Part shown: positions 19,136-27,881 of the stretch, piece after piece
How positions within the stretch are numbered: the stretch's first letter is position 1
Layout of the letters: the number at the start of each line of letters is the position of its first letter
Source: an uncultured Chlamydiales bacterium
Lineage (GTDB): Bacteria > Chlamydiota > Chlamydiia > Chlamydiales > FEN-1388
Direction: 5' to 3'
Length of the DNA: 64,000 nt
NCBI GenBank assembly: GCA_963826935.1
Contig: CAWGYH010000002.1
Coordinates: 712,028 to 776,027, forward strand
Translations under genes and position numbers: made by a program
Notes under the pieces: model-generated
What the model saw: the letters and a program-made list of their open reading frames with translations, nothing else
What the model was told of the DNA's origin: nothing
Database searches by the model: none

Positions 19136-19872
19136 GTTTTGGTCACAAAGAAGAGGTATTTCTTAAGGCAGGCGGCAATTTCAGAGCGCTCTTCGGTGTC
19201 GATTTCATCCTCGTGGCGTTTGTAGTAGCCGATCAGCCTTTCAAGGTTTGTAAGGAGGTTTTGGGCGTAGCGGACGCTTCGCTTATCTTTTAGGGGCAAA
19301 GGAAATGTAAGGCGGATTCTTTCCAGCATTTCCTGCTTTGTTTCACCGTTATAGGAAGAGATGATAGATTTTTTCTTTTCGAGGGGGGCTTGGCGGCTTG
19401 CAAGGGTGTACATAACTTGCCTTGGAAGGGTTTCTGCCTTTGATTTAAGATCGTGCGGGAGCGTCTCTATAAGCTCATAGTACATCAGGAAGTTATAGGG
19501 TGTCTGGCGGTTGCCGTAGGTGGAAATAAGCCACGCAGTAAAGGCGCCTTCCTTGTAGGCTTTTAAGATCTTTTGGGCGCGCATGATCCGCTCGCCATGC
19601 AAGATGGCAGCTTGGTTTGTAATGGCTTTAATTTCGGAGGTAATATTTGAAAGGACCTGAAGGTCTTGGGAAATATCTTTACCCTCTTCAGGGGTGTGCT
19701 TAAATAGGATATCTTCAAGGCGCATCTTTTCGGCATCAGCCAGTTCCACTGCCTTAAAAAGGCCTGAAAAGCCCGTCAGGCGCCCGTCATTTGACTGTTT
19801 TGCAAGTGCCTTTACCTTTTGTGAACCGCTTGAATTAAAGCGTCCTTCTAAGAGCTCTTCTAGTTTATCCAT
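19132..19872 (-). CDS. pGP6-D-family protein (chromosomal paralog of the chlamydial plasmid protein)
   Basis: The core ITSEIKAITNQAAILHGERIMRAQKIL...GAFTAWL...YNFLMYYELIETLP...YTLASR matches the recalled pGP6-D pattern (IKSITKQS..GERV..A..IL...G.FSSWL...YN.LSYYEL...LP...Y.LASR). It follows a ParA gene and thrS, as in C. trachomatis CT581-583. Confidence 0.75.
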   Translation of the reverse strand: MDKLEELLEGRFNSSGSQKVKALAKQSNDGRLTGFSGLFKAVELADAEKMRLEDILFKHTPEEGKDISQDLQVLSNITSEIKAITNQAAILHGERIMRAQKILKAYKEGAFTAWLISTYGNRQTPYNFLMYYELIETLPHDLKSKAETLPRQVMYTLASRQAPLEKKKSIISSYNGETKQEMLERIRLTFPLPLKDKRSVRYAQNLLTNLERLIGYYKRHEDEIDTEERSEIAACLKKYLFFVTKT

Positions 19873-20642
19873 TATTTCAACCTTTTGGAGATTTCTTTGG
19901 CGAGGTTTATATAGTCCTCAGCGGCTCTACTTGTCTTCTCAAGCTTTGGAATTTCAAAAAGAGGCCTTCCAAATACTGTAGCTGAACTTACGCTCACATC
20001 CCGGCGCACTTTAGTATCAAAGCAGGCTCCCGGGAAGCTCTTATCGATAATTTTTAAAAATCCGCTGTTATTTTTAGCGCGAGCGTTCCAGAACGATATG
20101 ACAACACCCAAAATCCCCATAGGATGGCGCTCGGCTATTGTGGTCATAAATTCAGAAAGCCTCTCTAGCCCTTTTACGCTGTAAAATTCACATGTGGCGC
20201 AGACGATGGCATGGTTTGCAGCAATGAGCGCAGACTCTGTCAGCCAGCAAAGCGACGGGGGCGTATCTATGATGATAATGTCATAGTTTACGGTCTCTAA
20301 AATCTGCTTGAGCCTTTCATGGGAGTAGCGGTCGGCCGCTAATGCGCCGGTAACTTCTACCCGCTCCAGCCAGGTATCTGCGGGAACAAGGTCAAGGTTT
20401 GCAACGCTTGTCTTCTGGATAACATCTTGAATCTCTTTTGTTCCCAAAAGTACGGGGGCCAGGCTATCGACCTCATCCGGGTCAAGACCTAAGCCCATAG
20501 TGAGGTTTGCTTGGGCATCAAAGTCAATTAAGAGCACCTTTTTCTTATGATACTTTGCAAAAGCGGCTCCAAGGTGCAGGCTGGTGGAAGTTTTTGCAGT
20601 TCCACCTTTAAAGCTCGACACCGCGAGAATCTGTTTTTTCAT
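19872..20642 (-). CDS. ParA/MinD-family partition ATPase (pGP5-D-like)
   Basis: Deviant Walker A SSFKGGTAKTSTS and Walker B IIIIDTPP. Overlaps neighbours by 1 and 4 nt, an operon-like arrangement. Confidence 0.9.
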   Translation of the reverse strand: MKKQILAVSSFKGGTAKTSTSLHLGAAFAKYHKKKVLLIDFDAQANLTMGLGLDPDEVDSLAPVLLGTKEIQDVIQKTSVANLDLVPADTWLERVEVTGALAADRYSHERLKQILETVNYDIIIIDTPPSLCWLTESALIAANHAIVCATCEFYSVKGLERLSEFMTTIAERHPMGILGVVISFWNARAKNNSGFLKIIDKSFPGACFDTKVRRDVSVSSATVFGRPLFEIPKLEKTSRAAEDYINLAKEISKRLK

Positions 20643-22597
20643 TTGGCAACCTCTTCGCCTGTTTTTTTGTTAGAAAGGGGGGATGCGAGGCTTTTTGAGG
20701 CTCGTTCTTGTCTCAAGAGCTCTTGAAGATCTGAAAGCTTCATCTCTCCGTGTACTTCGTTGTCGCGAGTACGAACGTTGACAGTTTTGTTTTCTACTTC
20801 CTTATCGCCTATTGTGAGAATGTAGTTAAACTGCATAAGCTGCGCTTCTCGCACCTTTTTGGAGACAGATTCGTTTGTGTCATCAACATGCACTTCAAAG
20901 CCATCATTTTGGAACATCTTGGCAACTTCTTCTCCAAACGGAACATGCCTGTCGGCGACGGTGATGATGGCAATTTGCGAAGGGCTTAGCCAGAGAGGGA
21001 ATTTTCCGGTATAAAACTCTATCAACGAGCCAAAGAAGCGCTCGACAGAGCCATAAATTACCCTGTGAAGCATAATTGGCCTGGCGTGAGAGCCGTCAGA
21101 TGCTGTGTATTCCAGTTCAAAACGCTCCGGAAGCGACATATCTAGCTGAATTGTACCGCACTGCCAGCTTCTTCCAAGTGCATCGTGGACGCGAAGGTCG
21201 ATCTTGGGGCCATAGAAGGCGCCATCTCCCTCTTGGATAATATAGGGCTTGCCAAAGCTGTTAAGGGCGTCTTTTAAAGAGTTTGTTGTCATCTCCCACG
21301 CTTCGTCTGAGCCTATAGTATTCTTATCAGGTCGTGTTGAGAGAGCAATATCATAGGTAAGGCCAAAGGTTGAATAGATCTCGTCGACAAGCTTTAAGAT
21401 ATTAAAGATTTCACTCTGGATATCTTCCGGCTGCATAAAAATGTGAGCGTCATCTTGGTGGAAGCAGCGCACGCGAAAGAGCCCGGAAAGTGAGCCGGAG
21501 GGCTCGAAGCGGTGCACGAGTCCAATTTCTGCAACGCGCCATGGAAGCTCGCGATAGCTATGTTTTTTAGACTTATAAAAGAGCATAGCGCCCGGGCAGT
21601 TCATGGGCTTTACAGCAAAATCGCGCTCTTCAACGCAGCAGGTGTACATATGCTCGCGGTAGTTTTGCCAGTGGCCGGATCGCTCCCACAGCTCGCGGAC
21701 CATTAAACTAGGAGTCTTAATTTCAACGTAGTTTGCCCTTTTATGGCACTCTCGCCAGTATTCAAGCATCCTATTCCATATAATCATCCCTTTTGGGTGA
21801 ATAAAGGGCATGCCCGGCCCCTCTTCTTTTAAAGAAAAGAGGTCAAGTTTTGGGCCTATGATCTTATGGTCGCGCTTTTTTGCCTCTTCAAGCCTATGAA
21901 GATAGTCTTTAAGCAACTTTTTATCCGGGAAGGAGATGCCGTAAATGCGGGTGAGCATTTCGTTGTTTGAATCGCCTCTCCAGTAAGCGCCCGATGTTTT
22001 CAGGATTTTGAGGGCGCGAATCTTGCCAAGGCGGCCAAGGTGCGGGCCGCGGCAAAAGTCAAAAAATTCACCCTGAGAGTATCCAGAAAGCTCTTCTCCA
22101 TCAGGAATTCCCTGGATGAGCTCCTGTTTGTATTTGTTGTTGGCAAAGCGAGAGACAGCTTCTTGCTTTGATGCAAAGACATAGCGTTTACTTGTGAAAT
22201 TTTCTTCACAAATAGACTGCATCTCTTTTTCAATGCGTTCAAAGTCGGCATCTGAAATAGTGAGGTTTGCAAAGTCGTAGTAAAAACCATTTTCTATGGG
22301 CGGCCCGATTGTTGGTTTGGCATTGGGGTAGAGCCGTAAAATAGCCTGAGCAAGTACGTGCGCTGTAGTGTGCCAAAAGACCTCCTTTCCTTCAGGATCG
22401 TCAAAGGAGTAAAACTGAACGCTATCCCCTTCGTTTAAGGTTGCATCAATGTCAGTGAGCTTATTGTTGACCTTAAGGGAAATGGCAAGGTGCGGGCCCT
22501 TGAGATTAAGCTTGTCAGCAAGCTCATAGGCCTTTGTTCCTTCCGGAACATCTATAGTAGAAATGCCGTTTTTGGCATCTGAATATCGTAGTTGCAT
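20639..22597 (-). CDS. thrS: threonine--tRNA ligase
   Basis: TGS-like N-terminus, class II aaRS motifs (FRVRCFHQDDAHIF, GAFYGPKID, RPIMLHRVIYGSVERF), and an anticodon-binding C-terminus. Start moved to the ATG at 22597 (MQLRYSD). Confidence 0.95.
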   Translation of the reverse strand: MQLRYSDAKNGISTIDVPEGTKAYELADKLNLKGPHLAISLKVNNKLTDIDATLNEGDSVQFYSFDDPEGKEVFWHTTAHVLAQAILRLYPNAKPTIGPPIENGFYYDFANLTISDADFERIEKEMQSICEENFTSKRYVFASKQEAVSRFANNKYKQELIQGIPDGEELSGYSQGEFFDFCRGPHLGRLGKIRALKILKTSGAYWRGDSNNEMLTRIYGISFPDKKLLKDYLHRLEEAKKRDHKIIGPKLDLFSLKEEGPGMPFIHPKGMIIWNRMLEYWRECHKRANYVEIKTPSLMVRELWERSGHWQNYREHMYTCCVEERDFAVKPMNCPGAMLFYKSKKHSYRELPWRVAEIGLVHRFEPSGSLSGLFRVRCFHQDDAHIFMQPEDIQSEIFNILKLVDEIYSTFGLTYDIALSTRPDKNTIGSDEAWEMTTNSLKDALNSFGKPYIIQEGDGAFYGPKIDLRVHDALGRSWQCGTIQLDMSLPERFELEYTASDGSHARPIMLHRVIYGSVERFFGSLIEFYTGKFPLWLSPSQIAIITVADRHVPFGEEVAKMFQNDGFEVHVDDTNESVSKKVREAQLMQFNYILTIGDKEVENKTVNVRTRDNEVHGEMKLSDLQELLRQERASKSLASPLSNKKTGEEVAK

Positions 22598-22639
22598 GAG
22601 GGTACCTTTATTGCTAAAAGAGAATAAGTATCGCAAATC

Positions 22640-25639
22640 GTGGATTTTTTTTGCATTTTTGGTTATGGTAAGGAAAATATTGAAGAGAGGAAGCGGTCGT
22701 TGGCCAGCATTGATGATATTATAAATAGTGCCTCTGTAGGAGCGGAGCATCCCTTTTTCTATCCAAGAATTTGCACCTATCTGATTCGCGCAAATAACAA
22801 AAAAAATGATGTAATTGCTGAAATATGTTCAGAAGAATTTGACGATCTATCGAGGCGGCTGGATAGAACGGGCATTCAAGAGGCAACTTCCGTTCGAAAT
22901 GTTTTGAAGGCTCGCCTCATTGCTACAAGACTTATTGGCGATGATGGAGAGCTAAGAGTTGATGAAATACCGCTTTTTATAGAGGCAATGAAGCAAAACC
23001 TTTATTCAATGGCGCCAGCGCGGCAATTTGATGCTGTTAGAGACAGGCACATTTTAGCAGTACTTGAGCAATTACAGACCAGTAAAGATGCAGTGAGAAT
23101 TTTACGATTCATGACGCGGCCTGTTTCTAACCGCTTGGCAGAGCAGATTATTCGCGATACCCTCATTGTGCCCGCAAACGTCCCTATAAATGATATGCAT
23201 GTGCGCCGCGCTGTGCTAACTGCCTGGTTTACAACGCTAAGACAGAGCTTAGGATCCTGCTTTGCAACGGCTCCAGCAATTATGGTGCACGAGGAACAGC
23301 CGCTTGTTTTCTTGCGCGATCTTGACGATATGATGAACACAGGCTACATGAGGCGAACCTATGCCGGAAAGGAGCATAGCGTGCCCATGAGCATAACGTG
23401 GGGAAATGGCGATCTTCGACGGCCTCTTGTGCTTGAAAGAGACTTAAATCATAATGAAAATAGAGTTTGGATGTCTCCCGGGATACTTGCTGCACTTGAT
23501 TCCGTAGATTTTTTTGCAGAAGGTCTTGAGCCAAAACAAAAAATTCATGAGCTTCATGAAAAGCTTCAGAAGGCTGTCGATCAGATTGAAGGGTCCGGGC
23601 ACATTGTTGTAACAAATGCAGAAGAGCTTATTCGCAAGCTCTTAATGATGCGCTATGATTTAACAGAAGAGCGCGTTCAAGAGTATGTAAATAGACCCAA
23701 AAGCATGATGCAGGGAGATATTATGATGCATGTTGCCCGTTCCGGGTCAAGCGGACGGGCAAAAGAGGATCTCATCCCCCTCTTTTTCAAAAACTTTGAA
23801 ATTGCAAAAACAGCTTTTCGAACGCTTGCCGACAATGCCCTATTAAAGTCGTGGGAGTTTACCCTTGCTTCATTTTCTGAGATAAACCTCAATTTTACCC
23901 GCTGGAATCTCTACTCAAGCCTTGGAGTCAACTTCGACGATAGGGGGGGTATCGGAGAGTGTTTATATAAAATACTTTCAGACAAGGTTGAGCAGGCAAA
24001 TAATGCTTTGAAAGAGCTGCAGGAGGAGTATGACCAGCTATGGACGCAGCTTGAATACTTGATGAGGCGCTCGCAAACGGCAAGCACTGAAAAAGAGATA
24101 AACTGGTTAAAAATGGAGTATCAATCGCGTCAGACGGAGCTCTATCATATTGACAAACTTCGTCAAATGGCTCATGAAAAGGCGGTAAAACTGGCGGGCC
24201 TTCATGAATTTTTGATCGGAACATATGATACGCTCTTTTTTGACTTTTTCCAGGAAATTTATGATGCTGACATTCACGATGTGGCAAGCGGCCCTTTTGA
24301 CGACTGCCCTGCCGGCTTTCGGCTTGTTTTCAAACATGGAAGGGCAAATCCATCGCTCTGGACGCGCGTAAACTCGCTTCCTGAATTTATTGAAACGCTG
24401 GTTTCTTTCTTTACCATTACAGAAAACGAACTTCGCACAAGCCCCGAAATAAAGGGTATAGAAACAGAGTTTAGCTACATCACCACCCAACTGATAGGTC
24501 ATGTCAGAAGCGATGAGTTCATTGAATCTGCCTTTTACCGCATGGCAAAGGCGCACAACGTAGCGCCGGTTGCTCATCCTTTGGAAAATCTCGATAAAAT
24601 AGAAAAAAAGCCGTGGGTATATACTTCAGGAGGCTCAATGAGCACTTTAGTATCTGCCTACTTCAGGCGCGAGGAGAAGCCTACGGAGGTCGCCCGATGG
24701 GTTGAAAATGAAACTGAACTTTTAGCCTTTTTTATCGACACTGTAAAGCAGCTTCCGGCACAGGTCTCTGAGCTTTATGCGAAAGAGTGCAACAAATCGA
24801 TGCTGATGCACTCGCCCACCCATGCTTTCTTGCTAAAGCCCGGCTTATTTAAAGAGGCGTGGCAAAGCGACATCTACACCTATTCCTGGATAAAGAATAA
24901 GCTTGTGGAGCCTGCGCTGGCAGATATCGATCGAATCACAGTTGAAGATGTGATGGCAGAAGATATAGCTCAATCGCTCCAATTATTAGTTCCGCAAGAC
25001 TTCAGGCCAAGGTTTAAGCAGGTGTTTCAAAACTTTTCCTACAGATCAAGTCCCCAAAACTTTCGAGGCTATATTGTAGACACGTTTCACACGGATCGCG
25101 GATTAAGGACGCCCCGCGGACCTGTGCTAGAATTAGATTCGATAGATTCTGTTATCTATTCGCACCTTCCCTATATTTCGATAGATAGTCTGGAAGAAGT
25201 ACTTCATGAGGTGCTTGCAGCCGTATTTCCTGATCGCTCGGCGCAAGTTGACGAAGTAGTCAAGAAGGTGCTCTATAAACTTCAGGCAAGGGGCTTTTTG
25301 TCGGCAAAAAGGCTTTTAGAACTTGCTAAAGCATGCTCATGCTTAATTCTCGGAACGACACGATGCTCTAAAAATATCCATAAAGCACTTGTTGATGAGT
25401 TTCGTGTAAGAAAGCGAATGCTTGCAGCTCCCTTAATTCTTGCCGATTCAAACTGGGTAAAGGACTATTTTTCGTTTGTGGTAAATCCGGGAACTGGTGA
25501 TTTAGAATTTTGGAGCACAGATTTTTGGGGCGTAGAAGGACGGCCCATTAACTACTGGAAAATGTGGATAAATGGGTCGAGGCGCACTCCTCAATGGGGA
25601 ATTTTTTCTAAGCCTTTTGAATATGTTGCAAAAATCTAA
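22640..25639 (+). CDS. large hypothetical protein (up to ~999 aa)
   Basis: Long uninterrupted ORF divergent from thrS with no domain recognised by eye. Start uncertain: GTG at 22640, or TTG at 22700 preceded by gagagg. Confidence 0.6.
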   Translation: MDFFCIFGYGKENIEERKRSLASIDDIINSASVGAEHPFFYPRICTYLIRANNKKNDVIAEICSEEFDDLSRRLDRTGIQEATSVRNVLKARLIATRLIGDDGELRVDEIPLFIEAMKQNLYSMAPARQFDAVRDRHILAVLEQLQTSKDAVRILRFMTRPVSNRLAEQIIRDTLIVPANVPINDMHVRRAVLTAWFTTLRQSLGSCFATAPAIMVHEEQPLVFLRDLDDMMNTGYMRRTYAGKEHSVPMSITWGNGDLRRPLVLERDLNHNENRVWMSPGILAALDSVDFFAEGLEPKQKIHELHEKLQKAVDQIEGSGHIVVTNAEELIRKLLMMRYDLTEERVQEYVNRPKSMMQGDIMMHVARSGSSGRAKEDLIPLFFKNFEIAKTAFRTLADNALLKSWEFTLASFSEINLNFTRWNLYSSLGVNFDDRGGIGECLYKILSDKVEQANNALKELQEEYDQLWTQLEYLMRRSQTASTEKEINWLKMEYQSRQTELYHIDKLRQMAHEKAVKLAGLHEFLIGTYDTLFFDFFQEIYDADIHDVASGPFDDCPAGFRLVFKHGRANPSLWTRVNSLPEFIETLVSFFTITENELRTSPEIKGIETEFSYITTQLIGHVRSDEFIESAFYRMAKAHNVAPVAHPLENLDKIEKKPWVYTSGGSMSTLVSAYFRREEKPTEVARWVENETELLAFFIDTVKQLPAQVSELYAKECNKSMLMHSPTHAFLLKPGLFKEAWQSDIYTYSWIKNKLVEPALADIDRITVEDVMAEDIAQSLQLLVPQDFRPRFKQVFQNFSYRSSPQNFRGYIVDTFHTDRGLRTPRGPVLELDSIDSVIYSHLPYISIDSLEEVLHEVLAAVFPDRSAQVDEVVKKVLYKLQARGFLSAKRLLELAKACSCLILGTTRCSKNIHKALVDEFRVRKRMLAAPLILADSNWVKDYFSFVVNPGTGDLEFWSTDFWGVEGRPINYWKMWINGSRRTPQWGIFSKPFEYVAKI

Positions 25640-25908
25640 CTTTTTTGCAAATTTTTCTTGAGTATAAAAAGTAAATTATGATAACTCATTCTTTTAGTTT
25701 ATTAAACCGAAAATCCTTTACGGTAACGGTGACTTTGGAAGAGTCGGAAAATTTTTTGCAGAAGTCGTTAAACATAACGTACTTAGGAATCCGGCACGGA
25801 TAATGTGTTTACAAAAAAGCCAACTCTCAATATACACTGTGCTCAAACTCATAAAAGAGCATGACGTAAGTCGGTTGAAAAAAGAATTTTTTTAGGGAAC
25901 TTGCAACA

Positions 25909-27226
25909 ATGGAGAAAACCATGAAACTTTTGAAATACTTGCTGCCACTCGCAATGGCAACATGTGGCATTGCTGTCACACTAAACGCCGCGGACTTTTC
26001 AACAGTCCAGGAAGCACGCGAAAGGGATCCAGACGCTGTTCTAGATTACCTTAAGTCAAAGCGCGCTATCACAATGGCGGAAAAAGGCGGAAACTTAAAC
26101 ATCAGCGGCGATATCCAAGCTGAGTGGGATTATATGCATTGCTGGAGCGACCATAAGCGTCAGCGCGGCAGCAAATCACAAAGAGCCAAATCATATAACA
26201 AGAACGAGGGCACGCCCTACGCAACAAGCGAATTTAACATTGAAGTTAACTTGATGCTTGACTACAAAACCGATCGTACTTGGGCTGGTATCCAGTTCCA
26301 ATTCGACAACCCAATGGGTATTCGCGAAGCTCATGCACCGCATGATCATAAGCCAAAACATAAAGAGCGCAACAAGCTCTGGGGTAGCGGTGAAGAAGAC
26401 AACATCGTAATGCGTAAAGCGTACTTCGGCTACAACTTTATGGATGCCGGAACATCGCGCTTAGACCTCGAAGTTCGTCATAGCCGTCTTTATGATGTCT
26501 TTGACTCAGAAGTTCAGTTCTACAACTTTTTCGATGGTCTCTTGCTCAAGTATGCTCATAGTTTCGAAGGACTTACTGACTTGACCGTTAAAGCAGCAGC
26601 TTTTGTAGTTGACTACACAGTTAACCACTTCGGCTATGTTGGTGAAGTTGGATTCCTCAATATTGCAGATAGCGGCGTTGACCTCAAATATTCCATCATT
26701 GACTGGGATAGAGATGGTGCAAACCGTTACGGACATAAGCATTCTCGTGGTGCTGAGTTCCTCGTGTCACAATACACAGCTGCATATACACTTCCAGCTG
26801 ACTGGCTACGTTGGAGAACTCAAGTTTATGGTGCCTTCCTCCATAACAGCCGCGCTAGAGAAAACCGCTACACACATCACGACGGCAAAAAAGCTAACGC
26901 TTGGTATGCTGGCGCGAGAATGGGCGAAGTTCGCAAGAAAGGCGACTGGGCAGTAGACGCTCGATTATGAGTGGGTAGCTCAGCAAGCTGTTCCAGAATC
27001 CGATTGTTCTGGTATCAAGCGCGACAACCCAACCAACACATCCATGTATACACATAGATGGGGTGGATTTGCGAACTACAAAGGTTATGTATTCGATGCA
27101 TTCTACGCTTTCACTGACAACCTCACATTGAACTGCTCTTTCGAGCGTGTTCATGAAGAGTCAAAGAGAATCGGTGGCAAGCATCGCTCATACCAGTTCC
27201 AACTCTCTGCAATTTACGCCTTCTAA
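25909..27226 (+). pseudogene. MOMP-like outer-membrane beta-barrel porin, interrupted by a 1-nt frameshift
   Basis: Signal peptide MKLLKYLLPLAMATCGIAVTLNA. ORF 25909-26970 ends ...GDWAVDARL*. The +1 frame, open from 26957, continues YEWVAQQAVPESD...SYQFQLSAIYAF with a terminal aromatic residue typical of OMPs. Removing one t at 26965/26966 restores DARYEWVA. Confidence 0.7.
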
Positions 27227-27255
27227 TCTGTACTAACAGAAAACGTAGGTTTCTC

Positions 27256-27290
27256 AAAAGGGCTCCCAAAAGGAGCCCTTTTTCTTTTCT
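27256..27290 (+). terminator. rho-independent terminator of the porin gene
   Basis: Stem aaaagggctcc / ggagccctttt with loop caaaa, followed by tttcttttct. Confidence 0.7.
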
Positions 27291-27295
27291 TGTAA

Positions 27296-27860
27296 AGTCC
27301 GTCTAGTCCTACTACGAGGCTGTGAATAAGCGTTTTTTCCGACCGCAGGTCTTTGGAGTGCTGCGATTATTCGCAGCTTTAGATTTTGTACAGACCTTTA
27401 CTTCCTTACCGCCCAAGCTTACATAATAGATCTAGATGAATCTGTAGAGGTGCTTTGTGAGCCTTAAGCGATCTTGTGATTAAGGTGTGTGCAAAATCTA
27501 AAGCTGCGAATAATCGCAGCACTCCATAGAGGATGTGAAAAAATTAGACCATCCAAGCGCACACCCCCGAATGGGGGTGTTGGCGATTAGCCCAGGCCGC
27601 CGAAGGCGCCCTGGGAATCACGTGTGGATAGAAAAATGCACGCCCGAAGGGTGTGCTGGAATCGATTGCTTCTCCAGCACACCCTTCGGGCGTGCGATAT
27701 GTTCGTACAACATATTCCCAGGGCGCCTTCGGCGACCTGGGCTAATCGCCGTCACCCCCATTCGGGGGTGAACTTCAGGGCATTTTTTCACAGCCTCATA
27801 GACCTGCGGTCGAATAAACGCTTTTTCACAGCCTCTACGGAGGACGGGCTTGTGCGACTC
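27296..27860. repeat. ~560-bp nested-palindrome element (GC-rich stem-loops) between convergent genes
   Basis: Perfect 34-bp inverted repeat 27355-27388/27492-27525. 57-bp inverted repeat with 3 mismatches, 27562-27618/27714-27770. Perfect 23-bp inverted repeat 27638-27660/27673-27695. Outer arms 27317-27353/27800-27836. Confidence 0.85.
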
Positions 27861-27881
27861 AGTGGTGAATGATCCACAGCC

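Noticed and set aside
22598-22750. N-terminal extensions of ORFs as given in the track (thrS to 22750, tsaC to 11072, Kelch-like gene to 6079, hemB from 14311, integrase from 38614, and others).
   Set aside because: The extensions are AT-rich or non-conserved-looking and overlap divergent promoters or neighbouring genes. Internal ATGs give canonical N-termini and compact operon junctions.
26962-26972. Programmed +1 frameshift (prfB-like) at tta-TGA-g in the porin gene.
   Set aside because: The P-site codon UUA cannot re-pair in the +1 frame (UAU), and there is no Shine-Dalgarno-like stimulator at the right distance. A simple indel or sequencing error is more parsimonious.
27535-27872. ORFs 27535-27771 and 27624-27872 (Arg/Pro/Gly-rich peptides) as possible genes.
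   Set aside because: They lie entirely within nested inverted repeats, and their composition simply reflects the GC-rich palindrome arms. They have no RBS and no coding signature.
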